The notes under the pieces: model-generated | The model's database searches: none | What the model was told of the DNA's origin: nothing | Seen by the model: the letters and a program-made list of their open reading frames with translations, nothing else | Translations under genes and position numbers: made by a program | Shown: one piece after another, positions 1-10,643 of the stretch | How positions within the stretch are numbered: position 1 is the stretch's first letter | Layout of the letters: each line of letters opens with the position of its first letter | Assembly (NCBI GenBank): GCA_019186845.1 | Contig: JABARW010000018.1 | Coordinates: 3,180 to 67,179, forward strand | Source of the DNA: Planctomycetota bacterium | GTDB taxonomy: Bacteria; Planctomycetota; UBA8742; UBA2392 | DNA length: 64,000 bases | Direction: 5' to 3'

Positions 1-38
1 GTGACGCTTAATGGGGCCAGGGGCGGGACCGGATACCC

Positions 39-1925
39 ATGACGAAGGAACAGGCGAAGCTGAACGCCTTGTGCAACGCCTGCGCCGAGCGCGCATGGCG
101 CCTGGCCTGGCACACGCTGCGCGACGCCCACGAGGCCTTTGATGCCGTGCAGCAGGCTTTCGTGGTGGCAGCGCGCCACCCCGAGCGCCTGCCGCCGGGC
201 GATCCCTGGCCATGGTTTGCTGTGGTCGTAGTGAATGAGGCGCGAAATCTGAGGCGCAAGAAGCGCCCCCAACCCCAGGAGCGGCCGCCGGAACTTGGCC
301 GCGCCGCCCAACCGGAGTCTGTCTTGGAACAGCAGGAGTCTCACGAGGCGTTGCAGCGGGCCCTCGACGAACTGCCCCTGGCGGAACGCGAGGCCATCGT
401 GCTCACGCAGATTTCGGGACTGACCCACGCCCGCGCCGCAGAGGCGTTGGGCATCCCCGAGAAGACGCTTTCCGCCCAAGTGGCGCGCGGCAAGGAGAAG
501 CTGCGGCGGCGACTACAGCGGGATGATCAGTCGATTTCGAGTTATCTCGCATTACTGCCGGCGGGCGTGCCGCCGCAGGGATGGGAAAACGCACTGGCAC
601 TATGGAAGTCTGCCGCCTCGGCGGCGGCGGTACCGGCGGCGGGAGCCGCCCTGGGAGGAGCAATTGTGGCAAAGAAGCTGATGGCGGCTGCGGGTCTGGC
701 GGTGGCTCTGGGTGTCGGGTTTGCGGGCGGAGTGGCGGTCAACGGCCACTGGGCATCGCCCGCGCCGGGAGAGCGGGCGGCCCGTGACGGTGCCGCCTGC
801 TCCCCGGCAAGCCCGGGCGTGTTGCGACCAGCCGGTGCCCGACAGGACGAAGCCCCGGTGCAGGACGCAGCGCTGCGGGCCGCGGAAAAGGAGCGCGACG
901 AGGCCCGTGCCGAAGCGGCAAACCTCAAGCAACGCGCCGGCACGCTGGAAGCCGAGCGCGACCGCTTGAAGCGGGAAGCGGAGAAGGCGCAAGCCGAACT
1001 TGCTCCCTACAAGGAAGCCGAAGCGCTGCGGGGCCCTACCTTCACGTTTGGCGAAGCAGGACAGCTTGATGCCATCCGCGAGGCGGACTGGAAGGAAATG
1101 GCAGAGGCCGACGCCGAGGTACAGCGCTGCCTCGTGACGATCCGCGAGTACCAGCTCAAGGGTGAACGGGCCCCGGATGAAGTCTACTTCAAACTGCAGG
1201 AGAACACGGAGCGGGTGCGCAAGTACGAGTATCGCACCATCCGCCGCCTGCCCACGGCGGCCCAGCACAACGGTGAACTGACCCATCCCATCTCCAGCAC
1301 CAACTTGCTGGCGACCACCCTGAAGCTTGCCGGCCAGCCCCTGGACGAGCGTCAGGTGGCGGAGATAAACCGGCTGGGCGAGGAGTTTGACGCGCGCTTC
1401 AAGCAACTGCGCGAAAGCTACGGCGCCAACACGCTGCGCAGCCAGAAGATCACTGACGAGTTCCTGCTGAAGGGAGCCTTCCGCGACTCCATGCTCGGCG
1501 TGCTCAACGCAGCCCAGTATGCCGTGGCCGTGGAACCCAAGGTGTTCAAGATCGCCGGCCTGGACCTCCACTGCGCCACGCTCATGCTGATTCATACTTC
1601 GCCGGTCATCAGCGCCAACAGCGCCGACGAACTGCGCGGCAAGCTCTCTGAGGTGCTGGCCAAGCGCTACACGCTCACCGAGGCCCAGACGGGACAGTTA
1701 GGGCCGGCGCTGGATGGCTGGCTCGCGGCAGTCGGCGGCATTTTGTCTCCGGTCCCTGCCCACAGCCTGCGCAACTACACGTTTGAGCAGGCCGCGGCGG
1801 CATGCAAGGCCACGGTCGCGCTGCAGACTGAAATGCTGGCGCTGCTGGCACCGGGGGAAGCCCAGCGGTCGAAGATCATGGAGGATGTGGCCATCTTCGT
1901 GCCGCGCGTGATCAAGGCGGACTAG
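39..1925 (+). CDS. ECF-type sigma-70 family factor fused to a TM segment, a coiled coil and a ~290-aa C-terminal domain of unknown function
   Basis: The N-terminal ~180 aa show sigma region 2-like (DAVQQAFVVAAR...WFAVVVVNEARNLRRK) and region 4 HTH (ELPLAEREAIVLTQISGLTHARAAEALGIPEKTLSAQVARGKEKLRRRL). A Gly/Ala-rich hydrophobic stretch follows, then an E/K/R/A-rich coiled-coil-like region. The C-terminal domain aligns by eye with ORF 61582..62844. Confidence 0.8.
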   Translation: MTKEQAKLNALCNACAERAWRLAWHTLRDAHEAFDAVQQAFVVAARHPERLPPGDPWPWFAVVVVNEARNLRRKKRPQPQERPPELGRAAQPESVLEQQESHEALQRALDELPLAEREAIVLTQISGLTHARAAEALGIPEKTLSAQVARGKEKLRRRLQRDDQSISSYLALLPAGVPPQGWENALALWKSAASAAAVPAAGAALGGAIVAKKLMAAAGLAVALGVGFAGGVAVNGHWASPAPGERAARDGAACSPASPGVLRPAGARQDEAPVQDAALRAAEKERDEARAEAANLKQRAGTLEAERDRLKREAEKAQAELAPYKEAEALRGPTFTFGEAGQLDAIREADWKEMAEADAEVQRCLVTIREYQLKGERAPDEVYFKLQENTERVRKYEYRTIRRLPTAAQHNGELTHPISSTNLLATTLKLAGQPLDERQVAEINRLGEEFDARFKQLRESYGANTLRSQKITDEFLLKGAFRDSMLGVLNAAQYAVAVEPKVFKIAGLDLHCATLMLIHTSPVISANSADELRGKLSEVLAKRYTLTEAQTGQLGPALDGWLAAVGGILSPVPAHSLRNYTFEQAAAACKATVALQTEMLALLAPGEAQRSKIMEDVAIFVPRVIKAD

Positions 1926-2562
1926 GAGGTTTTGAGATCAGGGCTTGGGTGGCTCGCTTGCGGTCTACCGCGCGCTGCAGCCTCTGCTCGACCAGGGCAT
2001 CGAACCGCCGGGCGACGACCGCAGCCACGGGAAAGCTGAGCACCAGAGTACCCACCAGAATCCAGGCGCTGTATTCTTCGAACCAGGACACACTCTCGGC
2101 CGCGTAGTAGCCCATGAAGCCGTACATCGTTCCGCCCAGCAGGGCCCCCAGCGCGCAGGACAGGATGGTCCTCACCAGTCCCACGTGGCGCAAACCCGCC
2201 GCCGCAGGCACAAAGCGCCCAAACCACGGGATGAAGCGGCCGAGCACCAGAAAGGGCAGGGCGTAGCTGTTCATGCCCTCGGTCAGAAGGGCCAGCCTTG
2301 CCTTGTTCTTTTCACTCTTGACCAAACGGTCGAGCCAGCTTGCACGCCAGCGCCCGATCAGAAACAGGGTGACATCCGACGTCAGGCTTCCGGCTGCGCC
2401 CGCCAGAATCACGCCTCCAAGCCAGAACCCCTCGATGCGTGAGGCCAAGGCCCCGCCCACAATCACAAACATGGTCAGGCCCGAGTGGTCGGCCATGGTG
2501 CCGAACATCACGGCCCAATAACCGTACTCCCGTATGTAAGCCTCCGCTGTCGCCCAATCCAT
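1912..2562 (-). CDS. DedA / SNARE-associated family membrane protein
   Basis: Multi-pass hydrophobic protein with a DedA-like N-terminus (YGYWAVMFGTMADHSGL) and G-rich TM segments. I chose the internal ATG at 2562 (MDWATAEAY) because the longer ORF overlaps the kinase gene end. Confidence 0.65.
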   Translation of the reverse strand: MDWATAEAYIREYGYWAVMFGTMADHSGLTMFVIVGGALASRIEGFWLGGVILAGAAGSLTSDVTLFLIGRWRASWLDRLVKSEKNKARLALLTEGMNSYALPFLVLGRFIPWFGRFVPAAAGLRHVGLVRTILSCALGALLGGTMYGFMGYYAAESVSWFEEYSAWILVGTLVLSFPVAAVVARRFDALVEQRLQRAVDRKRATQALISKPPSPP

Positions 2563-2626
2563 GGCGCGAAGGTTAGCAACACGAGCCGCACGCGACAGCA
2601 GAAGTGCGTGGACTGCCGCACCTCCC

Positions 2627-4768
2627 TCAGGCTCCCGGCCAATCAAGGACCTGCCTCACCTTCGCGGCAAGTTCGTGGGGCGAATACGGCTTGGGCAGGA
2701 ACTGCACCCCGCGGTCCAGCACGCCGTGATGCACGATCACGTTGGGGGTGTAGCCCGAAGAGTAGAGCACCTTCAATCCCGGCCGCTGCCCCTGGAGAAT
2801 CTGGGCCAGTTGCTTGCCGCTGATGCCCGGCATGACCACATCCGTCAAGAGCAGGTGCAGGGGCCCCTGCAGGGAAGCCACTTTGTCCAGAGCATCCTGG
2901 GCCTGGGCCGCCGTATGAACGACATAACCCAGCTCGCTCAGGCTCTGGGCCGCGAACTCGCGCACCATGGTCTCGTCCTCCACGATGAGCACCACCTCGT
3001 TTCCGCGCGTTCCGCTGGCCTCCACGCGCGCCTCGCCCGGCGAAGCTTCGTCTCCGGCGCGCGGGAGATAGACCTTGAAGGTCGTCCCCGTGTTGACCTC
3101 GCTGTAACAGGTCACGTGGCCCCGGGCCTGCTTGACGATGCCATAGACCGTGGCCAGCCCCAGGCCCGTGCCTTTGCCCACTTCCTTCGTAGTAAAGAAC
3201 GGCTCGAACACGCGTTGCCGCACGCTCTCGGACATGCCGTGGCCGGTGTCGCTGACGGCCAGCATGACATACTCGCCGGGGGCGACATCGCTGAGATTGC
3301 GCGTGTACTCCGGAGAAAGCACGACATTGCCCGTTTCGATAATCAGCTTGCCCCCGCGCGGCATGGCGTCACGGGCGTTCACGGCCAGATTCATGATGAT
3401 CTGGTTGACCTGGCCGGGGTCGATGAACACCGACCACAGGTTCTGCGACTTGTAGGTCTTGAGCTCGATGTCCTCGCCGATGATGCGGTTGAGCATGCGC
3501 TCGGCCTCGGGGATCAACTCCTGCAGGTTGACCCTGCGGGGTTGCACAATCTGGCGTCGCGCAAACGTGAGCAGCTGTCCTGTGAGCTCCGCCGCCCTTG
3601 TGCCGGCGGACATGATGCTGCGCAGCGCATTGGACATGCGCGGGTCCGACGAAACCGCTGGCTGGTCGGACAGCAGGTTGGCATAGCCGATAATCACAGT
3701 CAGCAGGTTGTTAAAGTCGTGGGCCACACCCCCGGCCAGCAGGCCGATGCTCTCCATCTTCTGGGAGTGACGCAACTGGGCCTCAATGTGCTTTTGCTCC
3801 GTGATGTTGCGTGTGAACACTGCCACACCGTCGCCCACAGCCACCACCTGTTGTTGCAGCCACTTGGCATGGATGTTGTCGGCGTCGATGGCGAATTCCG
3901 CCGTCCAGGGCTTGCGCGTCTCGACGACCTCAATGTAGCGGTCAAGGAAACCACCGGTGCGGGTGACCGGGAAAACATCGCAGACCAGCCGGCCTTCCAG
4001 CTGCTCGCGCTTCATCCCCACCAGTTGCTCGATGGCCGCGTTCACCTGAACGATGCGGAAGTCTACGATGCGGTTTTGCCCGTCTCTCACCGCCTCCATC
4101 AAATCAAAGCCGTCGAGGCTGGCCTCGATGGCAGCCCGGAAACGCCTGTCACGGTCCTGGATTTCAGCATCGTGGTGTGCGGCAATGGCCTGCAGTTCCT
4201 GACTGCGCATGCGTTCCAGACTGTCATGGGCTTCCTTCAGCCTCTCGTTTGCCAGAAGCAGTTCCCTGGCTTTTGCGACGAGGTCCTGTTCGACGCGCCG
4301 GGTACGAAGCTTCAATTCTTCGGTGGTGCGGGTCTGTCGTTCGCTTTCCAGTTTCAGCCGCACCAGCTCCGTCACATCCTCGACGCGGTGAATGATCCAG
4401 GCCACCTTCCCGTGCTCATCGAAGACGGGAACGTTCAGGGGGCTCCAATAGCGCTCTTCAAAGCCGCCGCCTGCTGACTCCGGACGGCGGATGTCATAGC
4501 GCTGGACAGCCATGGTGTCCGGCGCACGAGAATGGATTACGCGCTCCAGCGAGGCGCGCAGGTTGCGAGTGCCGTCCAGAAAGGGGACTTCCGGATTGTC
4601 GGGAAAAACTTCAAACAGCGGGCGGCCAAGGATGCCCTGGCGCGTGGTCATGGTCGCCTGAAGGTAGGCCTCGTTGACTGCATCAATGTGGAACCCCGGC
4701 GACAAGACCAGCATGGGGCTGGGCGATGCCTCGAACAGCCGGCGGAAATCCGGAGTCAAACGGTGCAT
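2627..4768 (-). CDS. Hybrid sensor histidine kinase (PAS-PAS-HisKA-HATPase-receiver)
   Basis: H-box GGVAHDFNNLLTVIIGYANLL. ATPase G-boxes (DTGHGM, GKGTGLGLATVYGIV). C-terminal receiver domain (VVLIVEDETMVRE...LLLTDVVMPGISG). Confidence 0.85.
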   Translation of the reverse strand: MHRLTPDFRRLFEASPSPMLVLSPGFHIDAVNEAYLQATMTTRQGILGRPLFEVFPDNPEVPFLDGTRNLRASLERVIHSRAPDTMAVQRYDIRRPESAGGGFEERYWSPLNVPVFDEHGKVAWIIHRVEDVTELVRLKLESERQTRTTEELKLRTRRVEQDLVAKARELLLANERLKEAHDSLERMRSQELQAIAAHHDAEIQDRDRRFRAAIEASLDGFDLMEAVRDGQNRIVDFRIVQVNAAIEQLVGMKREQLEGRLVCDVFPVTRTGGFLDRYIEVVETRKPWTAEFAIDADNIHAKWLQQQVVAVGDGVAVFTRNITEQKHIEAQLRHSQKMESIGLLAGGVAHDFNNLLTVIIGYANLLSDQPAVSSDPRMSNALRSIMSAGTRAAELTGQLLTFARRQIVQPRRVNLQELIPEAERMLNRIIGEDIELKTYKSQNLWSVFIDPGQVNQIIMNLAVNARDAMPRGGKLIIETGNVVLSPEYTRNLSDVAPGEYVMLAVSDTGHGMSESVRQRVFEPFFTTKEVGKGTGLGLATVYGIVKQARGHVTCYSEVNTGTTFKVYLPRAGDEASPGEARVEASGTRGNEVVLIVEDETMVREFAAQSLSELGYVVHTAAQAQDALDKVASLQGPLHLLLTDVVMPGISGKQLAQILQGQRPGLKVLYSSGYTPNVIVHHGVLDRGVQFLPKPYSPHELAAKVRQVLDWPGA

Positions 4769-4951
4769 GCTCGGAGATCCTCGCTGCCGATGCTATGCGC
4801 AGTTCTGAGGCGCCTGGGTTCTAGTAACCACACAACGACTAACTCGTATGATACAGGATACGTTAGCTGAAAAAAATGGCAGATAATATCCAAAGATGCC
4901 AAAGTCCTCGCCCCAGGACGAAGACTTGCTTGCGGCGGTGTCTGCTGAGAC

Positions 4952-5614
4952 TCAGGTCGTGGGCTTACCCAGCATCGACGAGAGTTCGCGGCGCAGCCGC
5001 GAGTCCGTCTTGAACAGGCCCGTCAAAGCACGGGTCACTGTCATGGCACCCACTTTCTGCACGCCGCGCATCACCATGCACATGTGCGCGGCTTCGACCA
5101 CAACAGCCACGCCGCGCGGCGCGAGCACTTTGTCAAGCGCATCGGCGATCTGCTGGGTAAGGTTCTCCTGGATCTGGAGGCGGCGGGCAAACATGTCGGC
5201 GATGCGGGGCAACTTGGAGATGCCAATGACCTTGCCCGAAGGGATGTAGGCAATGTGGGCTTTGCCGTAGAAGGGCAACAGGTGGTGCTCGCAGAGACTG
5301 AAGATGTCGATGTCCTTCACCAGCACGATGTCTTCATTCGAACTGTCGAACAGCGCGCCATTGACGATTTCACTCAGGTCTTCACTGTACCCCTTGGTGA
5401 GGTAGCGCATGGCCGCCTCGACACGGCGGGGCGTCTTGAGCAACCCCTCGCGCGAGGGATCTTCACCCAGCCCGCGAAGCATGCCCGTGACCAGGGGGGC
5501 CAATTCGTCCCCCGGCTTGATGGCGCCGATGTCCACGACGCCCCCAATGGCGCCGCAGGTCTCGGAAAACAGCTGGTCTTCCTCAAAGAAATCGTCGCGA
5601 GAGGGTGTGGTCAC
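4952..5614 (-). CDS. folE: GTP cyclohydrolase I
   Basis: Signature [18 protein letters not shown] and [12 protein letters not shown] start at 5614. Confidence 0.9.
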   Translation of the reverse strand: MTTPSRDDFFEEDQLFSETCGAIGGVVDIGAIKPGDELAPLVTGMLRGLGEDPSREGLLKTPRRVEAAMRYLTKGYSEDLSEIVNGALFDSSNEDIVLVKDIDIFSLCEHHLLPFYGKAHIAYIPSGKVIGISKLPRIADMFARRLQIQENLTQQIADALDKVLAPRGVAVVVEAAHMCMVMRGVQKVGAMTVTRALTGLFKTDSRLRRELSSMLGKPTT

Positions 5615-5858
5615 GGTTAATGCCTTTCTACGTTTGTCCCGCGGGGCGGGAGTGTCACGAAAGAGCCTGGATCAACTGCCAATCCGTGCCGTTCAGGAAG
5701 CGAACCGTAGCACGCCATGGATAATAGACAAGCCTTGTCCAACATTCCAATGTAATGAAAACAAATTTTCGTTACAATCAAAGCGCGCGATTGTCCCTCG
5801 GGTTGGCGCGCAATCCTTTGAGCAATCCCGCTAACGCCGTTAACGTGCCCTCCATTCC

Positions 5859-7268
5859 ATGACTCTTCACTTTCCGAACATCAACATCAAAGGCGATCGC
5901 GCGCGACTCCTCCAGCCCTATCGCCACGCCACAGAAGCTCTCAATGCCCTGGTGCTTCCGCCGGGGCCCCAGAACAAGCTCAGGGCGCCCGTACTCAAAG
6001 GACTCACGGCCGGCCGCGTCGATGCCTGGGACGCAGCCTTCGCGACCTTGGGCCTGCGCTTTGCCCGCGAGGGCTTCTTTGCCCCCACCAACGCCTTTCT
6101 CGTCGCCCTGGATCGCGAGGGCTTCGTGCCTGCATCACTCAGCACAGAAACGGGGGCCTGGGCCGGCGAAGAGCGGGCATCTGCCCCGCTGCTGAGCTTT
6201 GCGGAGTGGGAGTTGTATCGCGCGCGCGGCAACCGCGAGCGCCTCGCCCACGCCCTGCCCTTGCTCGCCTCCGACTTTGACTGGCGCGAGCAACACCAGC
6301 GCCTGCCCAACGGGCTCTACGCCGGCACCCCCGAGGCCTACCGCCTGGGCGTCACTTCCCGATTCTGGATGGGCGGAAAGTTCAACGCCGATGGGGCCAT
6401 CAAGGCCAGCTGGGTGGATGCCTCCTGCCTGCAGGCGCTTCACGCCCGCTGCCTGATGGACATCGCCCATGAACTGGGCGAGCGCGAGCTGGCAGCGCGC
6501 TTTGAATGGGCCATGCGTGACCTTTCTTCAAAGATCAACGCCCTGCTCTGGAGCGATGGCGACGGCTGGTATTTCGACCTGGACGAAAAGGGAACGCGGC
6601 TGGGAGTGCGCTCGCTGGCCAGCTTCTGGGCGATTATCTCGACGGTGGCCCCCATGGCGCGTGCGGAGCGGCAGATTGGCGCCTTGTCCGACGTGACGAA
6701 GTTTGAGCGCGCCCACCCCTACAGCACGCTTTCGGCCAGCGAGCGCGAGTATCGTGGCCGCGACGGCCGGCCCCTGGGGGTGGCGCGAAGCGATTTCAAC
6801 GTGATCGGCTACGAAGCGCTGCACGCACTTGAGCGAGGGGCCCAGGCGGATTTCAACGCGGAAGACCATCTGGCGCGCGTGTCCCGCGTGCTGGCGGACA
6901 CTCACGAGCTGTTCCTGGCCTATGACCCCGACCGTGACCAGCCCGTGTCGCAGGCAGACGGCGCCACGGGCGCCAACGCCTCGCTGACGGCGGCCTTGAT
7001 GGTGCACATCGCCTTGACCTACCTGGTGGGCTTGCGGCCCCATGCGGGCAAGGGCGAGCTGCAGCTCCACCTGCGCCTGCGCGACGCCTTCAGCGTGGAG
7101 GGCTACCCCTTCAACGGCGGCAGCGTGATGATCGAGGCCCAGGCTGTGGGGGCTGCCCGGCGCAAACTCGAAGTCATGACCGACGTCCCCCTCAAGCTGC
7201 GGGTGCGAACCTCCGAGCGCACGGAAACCCACGACCTTTCTCCCGGCAGCCACTCTCTGCAGGCTTGA
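5859..7268 (+). CDS. (alpha/alpha)6-barrel glycoside hydrolase-like protein (GH63 / trehalase-like)
   Basis: Resembles six-hairpin glycosidases around WVDASCLQALHARCLMDIAHELG...LLWSDGDGWYFDLDEKG and ELFLAYDPDRDQP. The family assignment is tentative. Confidence 0.4.
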   Translation: MTLHFPNINIKGDRARLLQPYRHATEALNALVLPPGPQNKLRAPVLKGLTAGRVDAWDAAFATLGLRFAREGFFAPTNAFLVALDREGFVPASLSTETGAWAGEERASAPLLSFAEWELYRARGNRERLAHALPLLASDFDWREQHQRLPNGLYAGTPEAYRLGVTSRFWMGGKFNADGAIKASWVDASCLQALHARCLMDIAHELGERELAARFEWAMRDLSSKINALLWSDGDGWYFDLDEKGTRLGVRSLASFWAIISTVAPMARAERQIGALSDVTKFERAHPYSTLSASEREYRGRDGRPLGVARSDFNVIGYEALHALERGAQADFNAEDHLARVSRVLADTHELFLAYDPDRDQPVSQADGATGANASLTAALMVHIALTYLVGLRPHAGKGELQLHLRLRDAFSVEGYPFNGGSVMIEAQAVGAARRKLEVMTDVPLKLRVRTSERTETHDLSPGSHSLQA

Positions 7269-7343
7269 GATCTGATACATCGGGCGGGAACAAGGCGGCC
7301 CGCCTCGCCGTTTTAGAATCCGGCGGTTCAGTCAGGCACGACC

Positions 7344-8360
7344 ATGAAGTTCCAGGACTATTACGAAGTGCTGGGCGTTTCCCGCAACGCCAGCGAAGAC
7401 GAAATCAAGAAGGCCTACACCAAGCTGGCCCTGAAGTGGCACCCCGATCGCCACCAGGGGGCGTCTCGCGCCGATGCCGAGGCCCGCTTCAAACAGATCA
7501 ACGAAGCCAAGGAAGTGCTGCTCGATCCGGCCAAGCGCCGCAAGTACGACCAGTTTGGCCAGCACTGGGAGCACGGGCAGGAATTTACACCGCCGCCCGG
7601 CGCGCGTGGCCGCCCCGTGTCACCCGAGGAGTTTGCCAGCGTGTTCGGCCAGGGGGGCTTTTCGGACTTCTTCGCCAGCATGTTCGGTGAGGACGTGATG
7701 GGCCGCTTCGGAGGGTCGCGCGCTGCGCGGGCCACCAGGGCCCGGCGCGGCCACGACGCCCACGCGGAACTGCGTCTGGGCATCGGCCAGGCTGTCGCGG
7801 GCGGCAAGCGGGCCTTTGAACTTTCCACCGCCGTGGCCTGCCCCTCCTGCGGCGGCGCCGGCACCCTGGATGATGACCATGTGTGCCCCGCCTGCGCCGG
7901 ACTGGGCAGTGTGCGCAGGCGCCAGACCGTCGAGGTGACCCTGCCGCGCGCCATTCAGGACGGCATGAAGCTGAGGCTCAGGGGCCTGGGCGATCCCGAC
8001 GACGACGGCGGCCCCGCGGGAGACCTTTACCTGACGCTGGTGCTGGAGTCCGACGACACCTACCGCCGACGCGGCCAGGACATTGAAGCCGACTTGCCGC
8101 TGGCACCCTGGGAAGCCCTGGAGGGAGGGCCCGTGGAGCTTCACACACTGGATGGCACAGCCACGCTGAACGTGCCGCCGAACACGGTGTCGGGAGCCAG
8201 GCTGCGCATGCGGGGCCTTGGGCTGGAGCAGGACGGCCGGCGGGGCGACTTTTACGCCGTGGTGCGCCTGGCCCTGCCTGAACCGCTGAGCGAGCGCCAG
8301 AAGCAGCTCATTCAGGACATGAAGGGCGGAACAGTGCGCGGCGGCGCGCGCAAAGCTTGA
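7344..8360 (+). CDS. J-domain co-chaperone (DnaJ/CbpA-like)
   Basis: J domain [33 protein letters not shown]. Only two CxxCxG zinc-finger motifs are present ([16 protein letters not shown]). DnaJ C-terminal beta domains follow. Confidence 0.8.
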   Translation: MKFQDYYEVLGVSRNASEDEIKKAYTKLALKWHPDRHQGASRADAEARFKQINEAKEVLLDPAKRRKYDQFGQHWEHGQEFTPPPGARGRPVSPEEFASVFGQGGFSDFFASMFGEDVMGRFGGSRAARATRARRGHDAHAELRLGIGQAVAGGKRAFELSTAVACPSCGGAGTLDDDHVCPACAGLGSVRRRQTVEVTLPRAIQDGMKLRLRGLGDPDDDGGPAGDLYLTLVLESDDTYRRRGQDIEADLPLAPWEALEGGPVELHTLDGTATLNVPPNTVSGARLRMRGLGLEQDGRRGDFYAVVRLALPEPLSERQKQLIQDMKGGTVRGGARKA

Positions 8361-8398
8361 GGATTGCGCCCGCGCGCCCCTGAACCGAACATGGGCCC

Positions 8399-9004
8399 AT
8401 GACCACGATCGTCGAAGTGGTGCCTTACAACCCGCGCTGGCCCCGCGCCTTCGAAGAAGAGCGCTGCCGGCTGCTCGCCTTGCTGGCCCCCGTGGACGTG
8501 ATCGAATTGATCGAGCACATCGGAAGCACGGCCGTCCCGGGACTCGCCGCCAAGCCCGTGCTGGACATCCTGCTGGGCGTTTCCAATCCGGCAATTCTTG
8601 ACGTGTCAAGAGAAGAACCCTGGAACCCGGAACTGGACAAGGTCATTGAACCCGCGGGCCACCCCCTGCACGTGCAGCTGGTACGGGCTCTGGCGCGTCT
8701 GGGTTACGTTTACCGCGGCGAGGCCTCGATTCAGGGGCGGCTGTTCTTCCGCAAGGACACCGGCCTGGCCCGCACGCACCACATCCATGTCGCGCTCGTC
8801 GGCGGGGCCTTCTGGAAGGACCACTTGCTGTTCCGCGATTACCTGCGGGCTCACCCGGACTGGGCCAAGGCCTACGGCGAGCTCAAGCGCAAGATGGCCA
8901 TGGAACACGGTCACAGCCGCCTTGCCTACACGGACGCCAAAGACCCACTGATCCAGGAACTGATGGCACGCGCCCAGGCCTGGCGCGAGCGCGGCCAGAT
9001 CTGA
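8399..9004 (+). CDS. GrpB family protein (UPF0157)
   Basis: IEHIGSTAVPGLAAKPVLDILLGV and HHIHV motifs are typical of GrpB. Confidence 0.7.
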   Translation: MTTIVEVVPYNPRWPRAFEEERCRLLALLAPVDVIELIEHIGSTAVPGLAAKPVLDILLGVSNPAILDVSREEPWNPELDKVIEPAGHPLHVQLVRALARLGYVYRGEASIQGRLFFRKDTGLARTHHIHVALVGGAFWKDHLLFRDYLRAHPDWAKAYGELKRKMAMEHGHSRLAYTDAKDPLIQELMARAQAWRERGQI

Positions 9005-9011
9005 CCTGGCT

Positions 9012-10310
9012 TCAGGCCGCCAGCCACTCGGCCATGCGCAGGATTGCCGTCGTCACGTTGGGCGCCACGGCCTTGAGGAAAGTCTCGTCCAGGGCGCGCT
9101 CGGCGCCCCATTCCCGCGCCGCGGCAAGCGCGCGGGCACCGTCGAAATCCACGTAGGCCAGGCGCGCCGACAACTCATCGGGCGCGCGGCCAAATTCGCT
9201 ACCGGGCAGAATCGCCACGCCGGTTTCCTGCAACAGGCGCTCGCAGAGCTGGGCTGAATGCCTGATTTTGCGCGCCCGCAGCTTGTCGCGCAGGGCCGAG
9301 AATTCCGGAAACAGGTAAAACGCGCCCTGCGGGCTGGGTACAGCCGCGCCGGCGTCGCTGAGCCTGGCCGCGCACCAGTGGCCCAGGGCGCTGAGTACAC
9401 GGCGCGCCAGCACGAGGTATTCCTCGATGTCTGTGCCGCCGCGAAAAGCCCGCACGGCGGCGAACTGGATTGGCGCGCTGGTGGCCGTGTAAGTCTCGCT
9501 GCCGACGCTGGACATGGCATTCTGAAGCCAGCCCAGGTCGCGCGGAAACATGAACGTGCCCAGCCGCCAGCCGCCGGCCCCGCACCATTTGGACAGCCCG
9601 GAACTGATGATGGTGCCCTCGGGGTAATGGCGCGCCACGCTGACGTGCAGACCGTCAAACTGCAGCTCGCCGTAGATTTCGTCCGACAGCAGCACCAGCC
9701 GATACTGACGCGCCACGGCCGCAAGCTGCTCCAGTTCCGTTGGGCTGTAGGTGAGACCCGTGGGGTTGCTGGGGTAGTTCAGGATCAGCACCCGGGGGCG
9801 CTTGGGGTCGCTTTCGCAATGCTCAGCCAGTTGGGCCGGCGTAAGGCGATAGCCATCCTCGCGGCCGGTGTGGAGCCAGTGGATGTTGCGCCCGATAATG
9901 CGGGCCTGTGGCGCATAGCTCACCCAAGCCGGCGTCGGAATCAGGATGTCGCCATAAAACACAAGCTGAAGCAGGAACATCAGCTCCTTGCTGCCGGGCC
10001 CGATGAGCACGTTGTCGGCCGTGCCCTGCACACCCTGGCGCCGCCTGTGATACTCGGCCACGGCCTCGCGCAGGGCGGGCAGTCCTTTGACCGGAAGGTA
10101 ATCCTTCTGGAAGGCGTTGGCGCGCAACTCCTCGACAATAGGCGCCGGCACGGGAAAGGGAGACTGCCCCAGCCCCAGCTTGAAAACCTGCCGCCCCTCC
10201 TGCCGTATGGCGTCGCTGCGCTCATTGATCGCGACGGTGGCCGAGGGCTTCATGCCGCGCACGTTGAGGTTGAGGTGAACGTCGGTTGCGGGCTGGCGTG
10301 AGGAAGTCAT
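9012..10310 (-). CDS. Class I/II PLP-dependent aminotransferase
   Basis: MKPSATVAINERS..., NYPSNPTG, and the PLP-lysine motif SSGLSKWCGAGGWRLG. Start set at the ATG at 10310 (MTSSRQP). The 728-aa track ORF is an upstream extension with no coding signal. Confidence 0.75.
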   Translation of the reverse strand: MTSSRQPATDVHLNLNVRGMKPSATVAINERSDAIRQEGRQVFKLGLGQSPFPVPAPIVEELRANAFQKDYLPVKGLPALREAVAEYHRRRQGVQGTADNVLIGPGSKELMFLLQLVFYGDILIPTPAWVSYAPQARIIGRNIHWLHTGREDGYRLTPAQLAEHCESDPKRPRVLILNYPSNPTGLTYSPTELEQLAAVARQYRLVLLSDEIYGELQFDGLHVSVARHYPEGTIISSGLSKWCGAGGWRLGTFMFPRDLGWLQNAMSSVGSETYTATSAPIQFAAVRAFRGGTDIEEYLVLARRVLSALGHWCAARLSDAGAAVPSPQGAFYLFPEFSALRDKLRARKIRHSAQLCERLLQETGVAILPGSEFGRAPDELSARLAYVDFDGARALAAAREWGAERALDETFLKAVAPNVTTAILRMAEWLAA

Positions 10311-10643
10311 GAAGTCCTTTGAAGAATTCTCCGCGGCGGCTTCAAGCCCCGCAAAAAAAAATTCTGTTCGCGGCCTGTTGTGTTTGTGCGGCGAACCCCG
10401 CCTGCTTACACTTCGGCTGGCAGCCCCGGCGCGCACCTCGCAGCACCGGCTGCCCGCAAAAGCTGATATCAGGCCACCTTCAGGCCTGTGTGATGTAGGC
10501 CGAGTCGCGCGGAAGGGCCGCAACAGGGCCCACGACCGCTCCGCAGGACCGGCCCAGGGAACGACAACCGCCGTGAGCTTTGGGGCCTGATCCCCCGGGG
10601 CTGTTTCGTCGGCGCCGCCAGGGCGGCGCGAAAGGAGATCACT

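Noticed and set aside
2561-4477. A 638-aa ORF antisense to the histidine kinase gene
   Set aside because: This is a typical high-GC shadow ORF. Its translation is Arg/Ala/Gly/His-rich with no motifs, whereas the opposite strand encodes a clear kinase.
7344-8360. The DnaJ homologue, with only two of four CxxCxG zinc motifs, as a notable anomaly
   Set aside because: Reduced or absent zinc fingers are common in CbpA- and DjlA-type J-proteins. This is noted in the feature but is not unusual enough for a finding.
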